Below are positions 12,301 to 23,110 of a stretch of 64,000 bases of DNA, in pieces. Source of the DNA: Lama guanicoe. Lineage: Eukaryota. A program made the translations under genes and the position numbers. How positions within the stretch are numbered: position 1 is the stretch's first letter; every line of letters starts with the position of its first letter. Below the pieces are notes generated by a model that saw nothing but the letters and a program-made list of their open reading frames with translations, did not search any database and was not told where the DNA came from. The stretch lies in contig MU054925.1 of NCBI GenBank assembly GCA_013239625.1, positions 1,186,829 to 1,250,828 of the forward strand. Direction: 5' to 3'.

Positions 12301-15300
12301 GCAAACAGTTACACAGGGAGAAAAGCACTACAAGTGCAAACCAGAACATATCCACAAAGGATTCAGACATTGGAACGGTCAGACACAGAGCATAATAAAC
12401 ACATTATACTGAATAAATATAAATTAAGATTGAAAATATCAGTAGAGAATTAGATAATAAAAGGTGACATAACAGAGTTTAGTAAGAACCCAACAGAAAT
12501 TCTAAAACTGAAAAAAAGGCCAAAATTAAGAATTCAATGGATGAGTTTAATAGCAGTTTAGACACAGGATTGAAGAATTAGTACACTGAAAGATAGGTCA
12601 GAGGAAATACTAAGAATTAGAAAGACGGAAAATGTACAAGAGATGATAAGAGATACAGAAGATACTGTGAGAAGGTCTAGCACACATATAATTAGGAGTT
12701 ACAAAAAGAAAGCGTTAGGTTGAATAACGCCCTCCCCTCCAGAAGTCTATGTCCTAATTTCTAAAACCTGCGAATATGTTACCTTATATGACAAGAGCAA
12801 TCGTGCAGATGTGATTGAGTTAAGGAGATAGGGGGAGATTATCCAGGTGTGTCCCATGGGTCACAAGGGTCCTCATAAGTGAGGCAGGAGTGTCAGAGTC
12901 ATACAGAGAGATGAGAAGTTGTAAAACTGCTAACTTTGAAGATGGAGAAAGGGGCCAGGAGCCAAAGAAAGCACAGCCCCACTTCCACCCTGATTTTTAC
13001 CAAGTAAGACCCATTTTGGACTTCTGACATCCAGAATTATAAAATAATAAATCTGCATTGTTTTAAGCCACTAAGTTAGTAGTAATTTGTTACAGCAGAA
13101 ATGAGAAACTAGCATAGAAAGAAAAGAGATAGTGGAATAGAGGCAATACATGAAGAGTTAATGGCTGATAATTTTTCAGAACTGATTAAAGAAATTGTTC
13201 TGCAAGTTAAACCTAATGAATCCCAAGCAGAATAAATAAACATAATAACAAAAAGAGAATTGAGGTAACTATATTGTTGTCAGACAAAATAGACTTTGAG
13301 TCAAAAAAGGTTACAAAAGACAAAGAAGGACTTTACATATTGATAAATTTCCACTCTAACAAGAAGTAACAATTGCAAACATATATGCACCTAACAAAAT
13401 ATATATGAAAGAAAACCGTACAGAACTGAAGGGAGAAACAGCTCTACAATAAAAGATGGAGATGTCAATACCCTACAATTTTAACAATGGATAGAATAAT
13501 CAGACAGATGATCAATAAGGAAATAGAGGACTCGAACAATACTTTAAACCAACTAGACTTAACAGACATATGCTCCCTCCAACAACAGCAGAACACACAT
13601 TTTTCTCAAGTGCTTNNNNNNNNNNNNNNNNNNNNNNNNNNNNNNNNNNNNNNNNNNNNNNNNNNNNNNNNNNNNNNNNNNNNNNNNNNNNNNNNNNNNN
13701 NNNNNNNNNNNNNNNNNNNNNNNNNNNNNNNNNNNNNNNNNNNNNNNNNNNNNNNNNNNNNNNNNNNNNNNNNNNNNNNNNNNNNNNNNNNNNNNNNNNN
13801 NNNNNNNNNNNNNNNNNNNNNNNNNNNNNNNNNNNNNNNNNAAATGAAAACATCATACCAAACAACAAACTGTGGAATACAGCAAAACCAGTACTGAGAG
13901 GGAACCTGATAGCTTTAAACACATGCAGTAAAAGAGAAGATACCCATTAGGATGGCTGTTATTAAAAAAAAAAAAAGAAAATAACAAGTGTTGGCAAGGA
14001 TGTGGAAAAATTGGAACCCTTGTGCATCGCAGATGAGAATGTAAAATAGTGCAGCTGATGTGGAAAACAGAAAGACAGCTTCTTAAAAATTAAACATAGA
14101 ATTACCGTATGATCCAGCTATTCCACCTCTGGGTATAACCCAAAAGAAAGGAAAACAGGAACAGATACTTATACACCAATGCTCATAGTAACATTACAGC
14201 AGCCAAAACATGGAAACAACCAAGGTCCATTAACAGATGAAGGGATAAACAAAATATGGTATTTCCATACAATGAACATTACTTAGTCATAAAAAGGCAG
14301 AAAATTCTGAAATGTGCTACAACATGAATAAAAACATTATGCTTAGTGAAATAAGCCAGAGCAAATATTGTGCAATTCCACTTACGTGAGTTACCTAGCA
14401 TAGGAAAATTCAAAGAGAGACAGAAAGTAAAATAGAGGTTTCCAGGGGAGGGAAGAATGGAAAGTTACTGTTTAAAGGGTACAGTGCTGTTTGGAATGAT
14501 GGAAAAGTTTTGTAAATAGATAGTGGTGATGGTTATACAACATTGTGAATGTACTTAATGCCACTGAACTGTACACTTAAAAACAGCTAAAATGGAAGGC
14601 ATCTTTGAGCTCACTGAGCAAACACCATCCTGAACTAAAAAACTGTACGAAGATGTTTTCATTGAAATTAAATGGAGGCAGACATGACCAAGGAATATAG
14701 TAAGAATTTGATCTCTTTATGTATCCTGTGATAGATGAATGTGTGGAGACAGCAACTAGTGGGCAACAGAACAATACTAAAAGGGTGGTAATATGAGGAA
14801 ATAATATCATCATGTTAGAAGCCTTGGAAGAAGTATAAAAAATGGCTGTGTTCACCAGAGAAATCAACTGGTTCCACATGTCCCCTTTTCAAAGGGCTTG
14901 TTTTACTATGACATAAAAATCAGGTCCTGTACATTTTCATAATGAACTTTTTTGTTAAGTAAAGTTTTGTAAAAGTGAAAAGTTAAAATGGTAAATATTA
15001 TATATTTTTACTACAATAAAATGATGTATAGTAAAAAAAAAAGAAATGGTTGAAATGGTAAATTTGGTTACGCATATTTCATCACAATTGAAAAAGGAGC
15101 TCCGAATCAGCCTGTCCACAGCTGCTAGGGGAACCTTCCCACCAGCTGTACACTCGACAGTATGGTCCTACGGGTCAACAGAAACGCTTGATTAGCGAGG
15201 ACCTCCTTGCCCTCCAATATTAACTTGAGTCACCTAGGGTCTGTGAATATACTGGGGTGTTTAAACAACGAAATGACTCTGGACAGAATCATTCCAAAAC

Positions 15301-15777
15301 GTCAAGCAAACCACAACAAATCGGGTAGCCATAAGTGTAACAGGTCTCAAAGAAACAAACGGGCTCGCTAATGTGGCAAAAGTTCATCTCCCCCCGGGTT
15401 ACTGATTTTGAAATCACGTTTCTTTGCAAGTCTATCAAGGAAACCACTACTCTGTCTTCATTAAACCAACCCCGACCCTTGCCGGCCTCAGCTCAGGTAT
15501 CACCTCCTCCGGGAAGCCTGCCATGACCGGCTTCTGCCCAGGTTGGGAACCTCTCGTGGGGTACCGTCTAAGGACGTCCTCATCACCAGTCTGGGCTCAG
15601 CGGACCGGTCGCCCGGACACCCCACAGTCCTGTAGAGGTACCAGAGCGAGTGCCCAGCCCCCAAACAGCGGTCACTCACCACTGCAAGTGGAAGGTATGG
15701 CCGCAGTGGATGGCGGCCACGTCACGGGAGTGGTCGAAGAAGTCGGAGCAGATGGTGCATAGCGCACGAATGGGCAT
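3320..15777 (-). CDS. TRAIP: TRAF-interacting protein, RING E3 ubiquitin ligase; coding exons 1-10 (3' exons lie beyond the left edge)
   Basis: Exons (minus): 15680-15777 ([37 protein letters not shown]), 10795-10852, 10183-10266, 8138-8177, 7413-7540, 6078-6172, 5463-5576, 4514-4601, 3813-3902, 3320-3408. All are GT-AG with frame continuity (884 nt). The RING + coiled-coil sequence matches recalled TRAIP. Confidence 0.96.
4842..4930 (+). mobile_element. tRNA-derived SINE, Vic-1-like (short tail)
   Basis: AGCTCAATGGTAGAGCGCATGCTTAGCATGCATGAGGTCC...CCCCAGTACC, flanked by imperfect AAAAGGG(A)GTGTACAGG repeats. Confidence 0.8.
5190..5360 (-). mobile_element. MIR SINE
   Basis: CAATAATCCTGTGAGG...GGAAGCTGAGGATCAGAGAGGTTAAGAAACTTGC core. 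Confidence 0.7.
11400..12290 (+). mobile_element. Old L1 3' end (L1M-type), interrupted by an LTR
   Basis: Typical L1M 3' phrases (ATAATGGAATATCACACAGCAATG, TTTCTTGATCTG, TTTGTGAAAATT...CAATAAAA). Boundaries approximate. Confidence 0.6.
11708..12140 (-). mobile_element. Probable solo ERV LTR
   Basis: TG...CA termini. The 433-bp block splits an otherwise continuous L1 sequence. TATA-like and ATTAAA signals on the minus strand. Confidence 0.6.
12713..13115 (+). mobile_element. MaLR LTR (MLT1-like)
   Basis: Hallmarks GAATATGTTACCTTATATG, GATGTGATTGAGTTAAGG, AATAAATCTGCATTGTTTTAAGCCACTAAG, TTTGTTACAGCAG. Confidence 0.8.
13616..13841. other. Assembly gap (226 N)
   Basis: Run of N inside the L1. 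Confidence 0.99.
14596..14977 (+). pseudogene. SNRPG: Processed pseudogene of snRNP Sm protein G, antisense in TRAIP intron 1
   Basis: Decayed, intronless coding sequence ...[31 protein letters not shown]...[14 protein letters not shown] with TAA at 14836-14838, followed by 3'UTR. ATG is changed to CTG (14614) and there are in-frame TAG/TAA/TGA stops. Flanked by near-identical 14-bp TSDs at 14582-14595 and 14978-14991. Confidence 0.9.
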
Positions 15778-15859
15778 GATGACTGATCTCAACAGGAGCA
15801 GGTATCCAAGGAAGCCGCGACCGGTCCAGCTTCGTGGCTGCGCCTAGGCGTCTCCGTTT

Positions 15860-16260
15860 GCTTCAAATTTGGCTCCACTGAGCGACTTCCGGAACGGATC
15901 GGAAGTGGCCACACGGAACTTGAAGGCGCCGACTGAAGGTTGGATCCGGATTGGACGAACCCTCAGGGGCGGGGCTTAACGGCCCCGCGGCCCGTGGAGA
16001 ATCCTGGGGCGGAGCGCAGGCCCGAAACTGTCAGCGATATCTCTCCTGAGGCTCTCGGAAACACGGCCAGTACCGCAAGAGTGCAGCGTTGGCGGAGCAC
16101 CGGGAGTAGCTACTCCGCCGGCCAGGCCCCTTTCTGGGGTAAGACGGGGCGTTATGGTCCCGAGTCAGAGCTGGTGCGCGGCATACTAGGCACCGGCTCT
16201 TCAGCCCTGTTCTCTCAGTGCCGCCTTCTCTGCATTTCGGGAGAGTCGAGAAGACTGGGA
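15860..16260 (-). promoter_or_regulatory. TRAIP CpG-island promoter with CHR, ETS/GABP, CCAAT and GC boxes
   Basis: TTTGAA (minus) at 15862-15867; ACTTCCGG at 15885-15892 and CGGAAGT at 15900-15906; ATTGG at 15950-15954; GGGGCGGGGC at 15966-15975; CpG-rich, directly upstream of the TRAIP ATG. Confidence 0.75.
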
Positions 16261-17346
16261 CCGTAAGGGAATGGGACGATGTTCCCGATGGAGAGTGAGT
16301 CCCCTGGGCTTTGGGCAGTGTTCGACCATATGGTGGAAGTCCATAGCTTCCAGGCCAAAAGAATGCTCCACCCTCTCAGACCTCGGCTCTAAGTGGTCCT
16401 AGAATGATGGACACAGTTTCTAATCCTCAGGACACCCCAATCTCACCCTGGCACTGTACAAGCAAGGCTTTATGATCCCTAAGTTTGAGGTGGCAGGGTC
16501 AGTATCCTGACTTTAGCTTCTAGCTCTCAGGAAGAACAGTTTTGCCTCAGGACTGCAGTAGGGTTGGAATTTTGGAGGCCCAGATGCTTCACAGACAAGT
16601 GACTAACAAACCTTTTTTATTCCCACATCAGAGATGTTACCTTTGTGGGGGTCTTCTCTGACAAAGAGCAGCATCCCTGGAGAGTTCACCTGGGCTGATC
16701 AGGGCTGGAATAAGCCTTCCTAGGAGTTTTCGTGCTTAACTAATTTTAACAGTGTTACTCCCCTCTCCTCAGAAGAAACATTAGGTAAAGCCCCATAATA
16801 TAAGGCTGATCTATTGCACCTGAAGTAGACCCAGCATGAAGTCCTTGGGGCCTATGCAGAAAGCAAAGGTTTGGTTCATAGAAAGGAGGAATCAACACAA
16901 AGGGCAGAATAGAATCTTTGTGTGATGCCCATCCTGCACCCACTCGGCAATCCAGGGAAGCCCACTTTGGCCACGGGCAACGTTTCTCCCTATGGCCCTT
17001 GGTGGGTTCTAGGTCTATGCCTAAGTCAAGACAAGGGCTCCTTGTTCAATAGGACTTGTCGGAACAGCAGCCCAGAGGTTATTCCTTGGCGTAAGCCCAG
17101 CACAGGACCCACCACCCACATGGATTTCTAGAGTCCAGAGGATCACCCCTCCACCATCAAGGAATATACTGTGGTGAGGATGATCTGTTCTCTCAGCCCA
17201 AGCAGTCCACATGGCATTGAGCACAGACCACTACCTGTGGACTTACTCCTGGCTTCTCCCCTCCCCACTGCCTTCCAGGGGCCCTTCCCCAGTAATATAT
17301 AGGAAGCAAAGGCAAGAGGGTGGCCAGAGGCTTTGGCAGAGTGACA

Positions 17347-17352
17347 TTTATT
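17347..17352 (-). terminator. CAMKV distal poly(A) signal AATAAA
   Basis: TTTATT on plus, about 1.3 kb after the CAMKV stop. A second AATAAA lies at 17544-17549. Confidence 0.6.
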
Positions 17353-18674
17353 TGCCAGGTTCAGCAGGCACACAGCCCACCAACCTTCATACACCAGCGC
17401 AGACCCACAGGCATGCAGGGAGAAGGGCAGGACTACCCCCGAGTGCCAAGCAAGGGCTGGGACCAGTATGGCTGCCCGTCCAGGCTGTAGTGGGGTCTGA
17501 CAAAGGGCACCTGCCAGGAACCTCCATCATGAAACTGGGGAGCTTTATTCTACTCCCTCATCCCAGCAAAAGCAACTCAGCATGGTTCAGAGGCACCTGG
17601 GCCTCTCTCCAAGCCTTGATAGAAGGGGAAGTGGGTCATAGACATAGAGTGTTCCTCTCTATTTTGTTGTTGAATTGGGAGAGCAGAAAATCTGCCCCTG
17701 TGAAGGGCAGACCCCTAAATAAGACTGCAGGACACTGCCATGCAGCAGGCCCCCCAGGATGGAGAGAATGGTGGACTGAGCCTGAGGGGGGCCATCTGGG
17801 AAGAGCCAGGAGATGTTAACTTTCCTTCTTTGGCCCATGGTAAGGACCCAGCTAGACTGGTATACTAGGTGCTGGGCCTACACTCTGCCCTCCCAGGTCT
17901 CACTGCCACATCCTAATTGCTCCTCCTCCCTCTTACAGGCTCATGAAGCTCAGGGCACAGGGCAACCCACTACAGGACCCAGGAGGGCAGGAAATAGCAC
18001 TAGGGTCTTGGGAGAGACTTCCCAGAGACAAAAATGGAAGCTTCTACCCTCTAACTCTCTTTCATTTCTGAAGACCCCCACGGCTACCAAGCAGTGCCCC
18101 CAGTCATGCGACTAGTCTTGTCTAAAAGCCTACTGCCCTAGATGATTGCATTCTCTGTACCAGCCTGTTTCCACTCCTAGAGCAGCACACATACCACAGG
18201 CACATACCTTCATGTGCAAGAGCCTAAGACCGCTGACAGGGCCTCGCTGGAGGACCAGCTCTCAGGGCAAGGCCACCCAAGTTTAGGGCCTGGGAGAGGA
18301 TGAGACCTGCAGGGCCGGCCTGGGGGAATTGTGAGGCAAAAAGGGAAGAGGGAGGGGAGCAGGGACCTCCTGAGTATCCCTAGAGCAGCATCCCACAAGG
18401 AACAGAAACTGATAAAGCTAGCAAAAGACAGAAAAGCCACAAGGAATCCATGCAGGGGCTGGGGCTGGTCCTGCTTCTGGCCTGCCCACCACTCAATGCG
18501 CATACCCACAGGAGATGAGACTGCTCTCCTGTGGCCCCCAGACATGCCCCATGCTAGGAGGCAGGGGCGGGGGGAGTGAGGGCATCATGCCAGTGACTCT
18601 ATGTACAGTGAGAAGCCCCTCATCCACTCTCCCACCCTCTTCCCCATCCCCCGCCCCCCCACCAGCCTGCCCAC

Positions 18675-21600
18675 TCAGCTGGTCTCCTCCCTCCGAGACT
18701 CCTGGGCAGAGCCAGCAGCCTCTTCCCCTTTACTAGAGGGTGGAGCCTGGCCTGTTGCGCCCCCTGGGGCTGTGCTGTCCGGCTGGGCTAAAGCCGGCCC
18801 AGGGGTGGCAGCAGCTTTGGTGGCCGGTGTGGCACTGCTTTGGGTGGTGCTCTCTTCCATGGCTGGTGTGGCTCTCCCATCAGTAGCTGGAGTAACACTT
18901 CTGTCAGTGGCTGGGGTGACACTCCCATCAGTGGCTGGAGTGATGCTCCCATCAGTGGCTGGGGTGACGCTCCCATCAGTGGCTGGGGTGGTACTGCCAT
19001 CTGTGGCTGGGGTGGCACTACGGTCTGCGGGGGCTATATTATCACTCTTTGCAGCATCACCCACTGTGGCTGGGGTGGCACTGCCCCCAAGAGCTGGGGC
19101 AGCTCCACTTGCAGCAGTGGCCCCACCTGCAGCCCCAGGAGTGGCAGTGTCTGTGGCTGGGGCAGACTGGGCTGCAGCCGTGCTGGACTGCTCCGGTGCC
19201 CTGAGCCGTTTCATGAGGGTGGTCACTCGGACAGCCTTCTGAAAGGACAGTGGATAGAGGCTCAGAGTGAAGCTTATGGAAGCTGGATCCATTCCTTCCC
19301 CAAAGGCCAAACCCAGACCATTCCATAGTGCCCTGGCTGCCTCTGACCACCCCAAGGCCAGGAACCCAGCTGCTCAGCACACCTGCTTCAGGTAGTAACA
19401 GTGGCTCCAGCTACACCTGATGGTTGAAGAAAAGCCTGTGTGTGGCTACAGGGATGTGATGCAGGCAAGAAAACTATGGCGCCAGAAGGAGCTCTTGAGA
19501 TCAAGCCAGAAAAGGGAGGCATCCAAGCCTTACCTTCCACTTAGCCCTGGCAAAGTTCTTTTCAATCTGGGCACAGACACCGTCCTTGATGTTTTTATCA
19601 GAAGCAGCATTGCCAGAAATCCTGGAAAGAGTGCAAGTGCGTCTGGATCTGAAGGAGTATGGCCTTCGTGGAGACTGTACCCAGCCCTTCCCTTGTAAGA
19701 TCAAGGGATTACCAGGCAGACCCTCTGGGCTGGCCTGAGCTCTGGGTGCCCTTCCAACCCCAACTCGAGGCCTCAAGTATGGAGGCTGCTAAGTGTGAGG
19801 AGGACAGAGGCCAAAGGAACCCTGGCCTCTCCTCCCATCCCTCCCGGGCCCTGCTCACCACTCATGGGAGATGGCTTCTTCTGCAGTGATCCGCTGGTCT
19901 TGCTCCACCTCCATCAGCCTTGTGACCAGGTCTTTGGCTGGGGACAAAACCAGAGAGAGCTAGACATGGGCACCCCATCTCACTGTCTAGAGGGGATGAT
20001 TGGGCTGGGGGTTAGGATCAGAGTCCATCAGAGAAGGCTGAGAGCAGGTCTCCTCACCAGCCTGAGAAATGTCATCCCAGTATGGAGAGTCAAACTCATA
20101 GTCGCCAGCCAGGATCTTGCGGAAGAGATTCTTATCATGGTTCTCATAGTCATCTTCCTCCACCTCCTCGTAGAAAGGTGGGTTCCCTGAAAGCCTTCAT
20201 GGAGGGCCAAGGGCAGGGTCACTGGAAGGCCATGGACCCAGACCCCCCCCACCCCATCTGGCTGCAAGCTTGTTTGCCGGCTCATCCACTTACAGGATGT
20301 ACATGATGACTCCAATGGCCCAGCAGTCCACAGGGCGTCCGTATCGCTGCCGGCCTACCACCTCCGGGGCTGCAAACAGTGTCCACCTGCTGGTCAATAT
20401 CAGGCCTGGCCAGGCCTTGTACCACTCACATCCATTTCCTGGGATGGGGACTTCCTTCCCCCCTGCCCAGAGCCACTCCTTAAAGGCTGTCTCCCACCCT
20501 GCCCTGCCCCACCCCCTGCTTGCCCAGGTACTCGGGGGTCCCACAGGGCTCCTTGATCAGGCCATTCTCTAGCTTAGCCAGGTGAAAGTCGCTGATGACG
20601 ATCTTTGAGTTCTTCAGCCGATTGTAGTAAACCAGGTTCTCCAGCTGCTCAGGCCAGGAATGGCATATGGGTGGGCAGAGGAAGACACCATGGAAATCTC
20701 AGAGGCTGGACCAAGGCCCCAAGGTACAGCCCACCCCAGCCCCAGGCCGGCTGCCTCCTGACCCTTTGACCTGGCTACTGTCCTCACCTTGAGGTTCCTG
20801 TGCACGATCTTGAGCGAGTGCAGGTAGGCCACTGCCTCCAGGACCTGCCGCACCACGTTGCTTGTGTCTCGCTCCGAGTAGTAGCCCTGGTCCAGGATCC
20901 AGTCAAACACCTCCCTCCCCGTGGCCCTGAGGGACACCAGCCCCTGAGCCCGGCGTGGGCAGAATCGGGGGTGGGGCAGGAGCATGTGGGTAGGCTGCCT
21001 ACACCAGGCAGCTGGCTGGGCAAGGCACAGAGACCTGAGACCCCAAGGATCCAGAAGGATGGGCTTTCCCTGGCTGCAGAAGGCAGAGCAGGTAAAGACC
21101 CTGGGGACTGAGTAATCCCGGAAACCCAGACCCACACTCACAGCTCCAAGAAGATAAAGTACTCCTTGCGGGTCACAAACACATCCACCAGTTGCAAGAT
21201 GTTGGGATGCTTCACCCTAGCAGCAGAGAGGAGAGCCAATAGTTAGGGCTGGGTAAACTCCTAAGAGAGGCTCTGGTTGCTACTGTGGACCACAGCAGAC
21301 TAACTAGCCAGAGGCTGGAACTGCTTGAAGCCACCAGCCCTTGAAGCCCTTACCTGCTGCCTCCCCTACCCTACCTCACCCCACCCCCAGGCCTCACACT
21401 CACATCTTGAGGATGCCTATCTCGTTCTTGGCTGCCTTCCGCACCTTGCGGCCGTCCCGCTTCTGGAATTTCTTGCAGGTGTGAAGCTTGCCTGTCGTCT
21501 TGTCCTTGGCCCGGAAGATCTCACAGAACTCCTCACTGCAGCCAGCAGGCACTCCACTCAGCATGGGCTATATTCTGTGCCACTTTCCGCAGCCCTTGCC

Positions 21601-21728
21601 TGCCCACCCTTGCCCAACAGACCCAGCACTCACGTCTTGATGACCTGTCCCAAGTCATATCTGTCGGTCACCTCCGACGGCTGGTTATAGTTCTTCTTGT
21701 CGCCGAGAGTCACACACCCAAACGGCAT
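18675..21728 (-). CDS. CAMKV: CaM kinase-like vesicle-associated protein (pseudokinase), complete CDS, 501 aa
   Basis: Coding exons (minus): 21634-21728, 21404-21535, 21142-21216, 20788-20926, 20524-20644, 20294-20369, 20058-20194, 19859-19937, 19534-19621, 18675-19238, totalling 1506 nt. Starts MPFGCVTLGDKKNY. Has HRNLK and DFH pseudokinase motifs and a TPATDGS repeat tail. Confidence 0.97.
18846..19037 (-). repeat. Coding 24-bp tandem repeat (8 degenerate units of TPATDGSV) in CAMKV
   Basis: Direct 24-nt periodicity, consensus ...CCCATCAGTGGCTGGGGT... on plus. Confidence 0.92.
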
Positions 21729-22099
21729 TGCCAGGCTCTGAGCTGGGGGCAGGTTGGGGTCTGGCTCAGCTGTACTACTCCCCACTTCTCTTCGCACACA
21801 GAGGTTGCCTTTGGGAGACCCCAACCTGATTCAGACCAGGCCAGGGGCAGAGTCTACACCAGGAAGGGCTGGAGGGTGGTCAGGCTCGGATCCTAGCCCT
21901 GCTTTTCTGGCCACACCTCCAGCCACTCAGTTTGGCTGCTCAACTGTGACAGCCCCCGCTTATGAAAAATGTATTAAACTGACATATCAGGGAATCATTT
22001 TGCATTATATGTAATCAAAAGAAGATTTATCAAATGATCTGTTTAAATTTCAGTTGTTTCCCAGATGAAAGGGACTCTAACTACTGACCCATCAGAGAG

Positions 22100-23110
22100 T
22101 CATCTCTGAAAGTCTGATGATGCCAAATGTTGGCAAAGATGTGGAGAACATGAGCACTGCTGGTGGAGGACAAGTCTCCCCTCTGCAAAACAATTTGGTA
22201 AAACTACTGAAGTCTGAAGTCAAACATACCCTATGAACCAGCAATCACACTGCTATATAGATGCCCTACAGAAACATGTCCATTTGTGCATCAGGGCATT
22301 TCATACAAGGATGTTCATGGCAGCAATTACCCCAAACTGGAAACAGCCCAAATATCTATCAACAGCAGGATGTACTGTGGTAGAGTCACACAATGAAATA
22401 TTATACAACAATGGAAATGAGGAGCTATAGCTGTAGCCAACCACATGGTCAATCTCAACAACGCTGTGGAGTGAAAAAAAAATACAAAGAGCGTGACTCT
22501 ACAGATACAGAGTTCAAAACAGGCACAACTAACCTATACTGTCTAATGTTGCAGACATACTGGTAAAACTATATATAAAGAAACACTAGGAAATAAATAC
22601 CATGAGTCCAAGAGCAAGAGAGAGGTTGTGATTGAGTCAGGTCACATGTGGGAATTCTGCAGGACCTGTTTCTGAACTTGAGTGGTGGGTTCACAGGGGT
22701 TCCCTTTACAATTTGTTAAAACCTGCTTACAAGTTTTAGGCACATTCCTAGATTTTGGTCATATTTCATAATTTAAAAATATTTGTAAAATTATGGCCAT
22801 CCATACTGAAGAATACTTGGTAGCTACTAAAAAGAATTAAATAGATCTAAATGTGCTTCTGTAGGACAGTCTCTGTGATATGTAATAAATGAAAAACCAG
22901 GGAACAGAATGGTGGGTAAAAGGTGCTGCATTTGGGTAAATTTTTTTTAATTTATATACTGGTGTTTACTCACCAACTCTTTTCTGGAAAGACACCTAAG
23001 AAAATAAGAGTTCTCTTTGGGGTGAAGAATTGGATGTCAGAGAAGCAGGTTTATATCTATCACTTTTTAATTTTGTTGGATTTTCACTGTGATTACTTTG
23101 ATCTGATAAA
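22100..23110 (+). mobile_element. Old L1 3' fragments (L1M-type) in CAMKV intron 1
   Basis: AT-rich island with AAATGTTGGCAAAGATGTGGAG, CATACCCTATGAACCAGCAAT and CCCAAACTGGAAACAGCCC. Confidence 0.7.

Larger units (their letters stand above)
12290..15095 (+). mobile_element. Fragmented L1 (ORF1 remnants, ORF2 endonuclease remnants, ORF2 end/3'UTR)
   Basis: A-rich. Translations such as [23 protein letters not shown] and [17 protein letters not shown] match L1 ORF2p endonuclease; TGTTGGCAAGGATGTGG...TATGATCCAGC marks the 3' region. May be more than one element. Confidence 0.8.

Noticed and set aside
13487-13950. ORFs containing long X runs
   Set aside because: Artefacts of the N gap within L1 remnants.
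18601-19242. 213-aa plus-strand ORF with VAGVTLPS repeats
   Set aside because: Antisense shadow of the CAMKV repeat exon.
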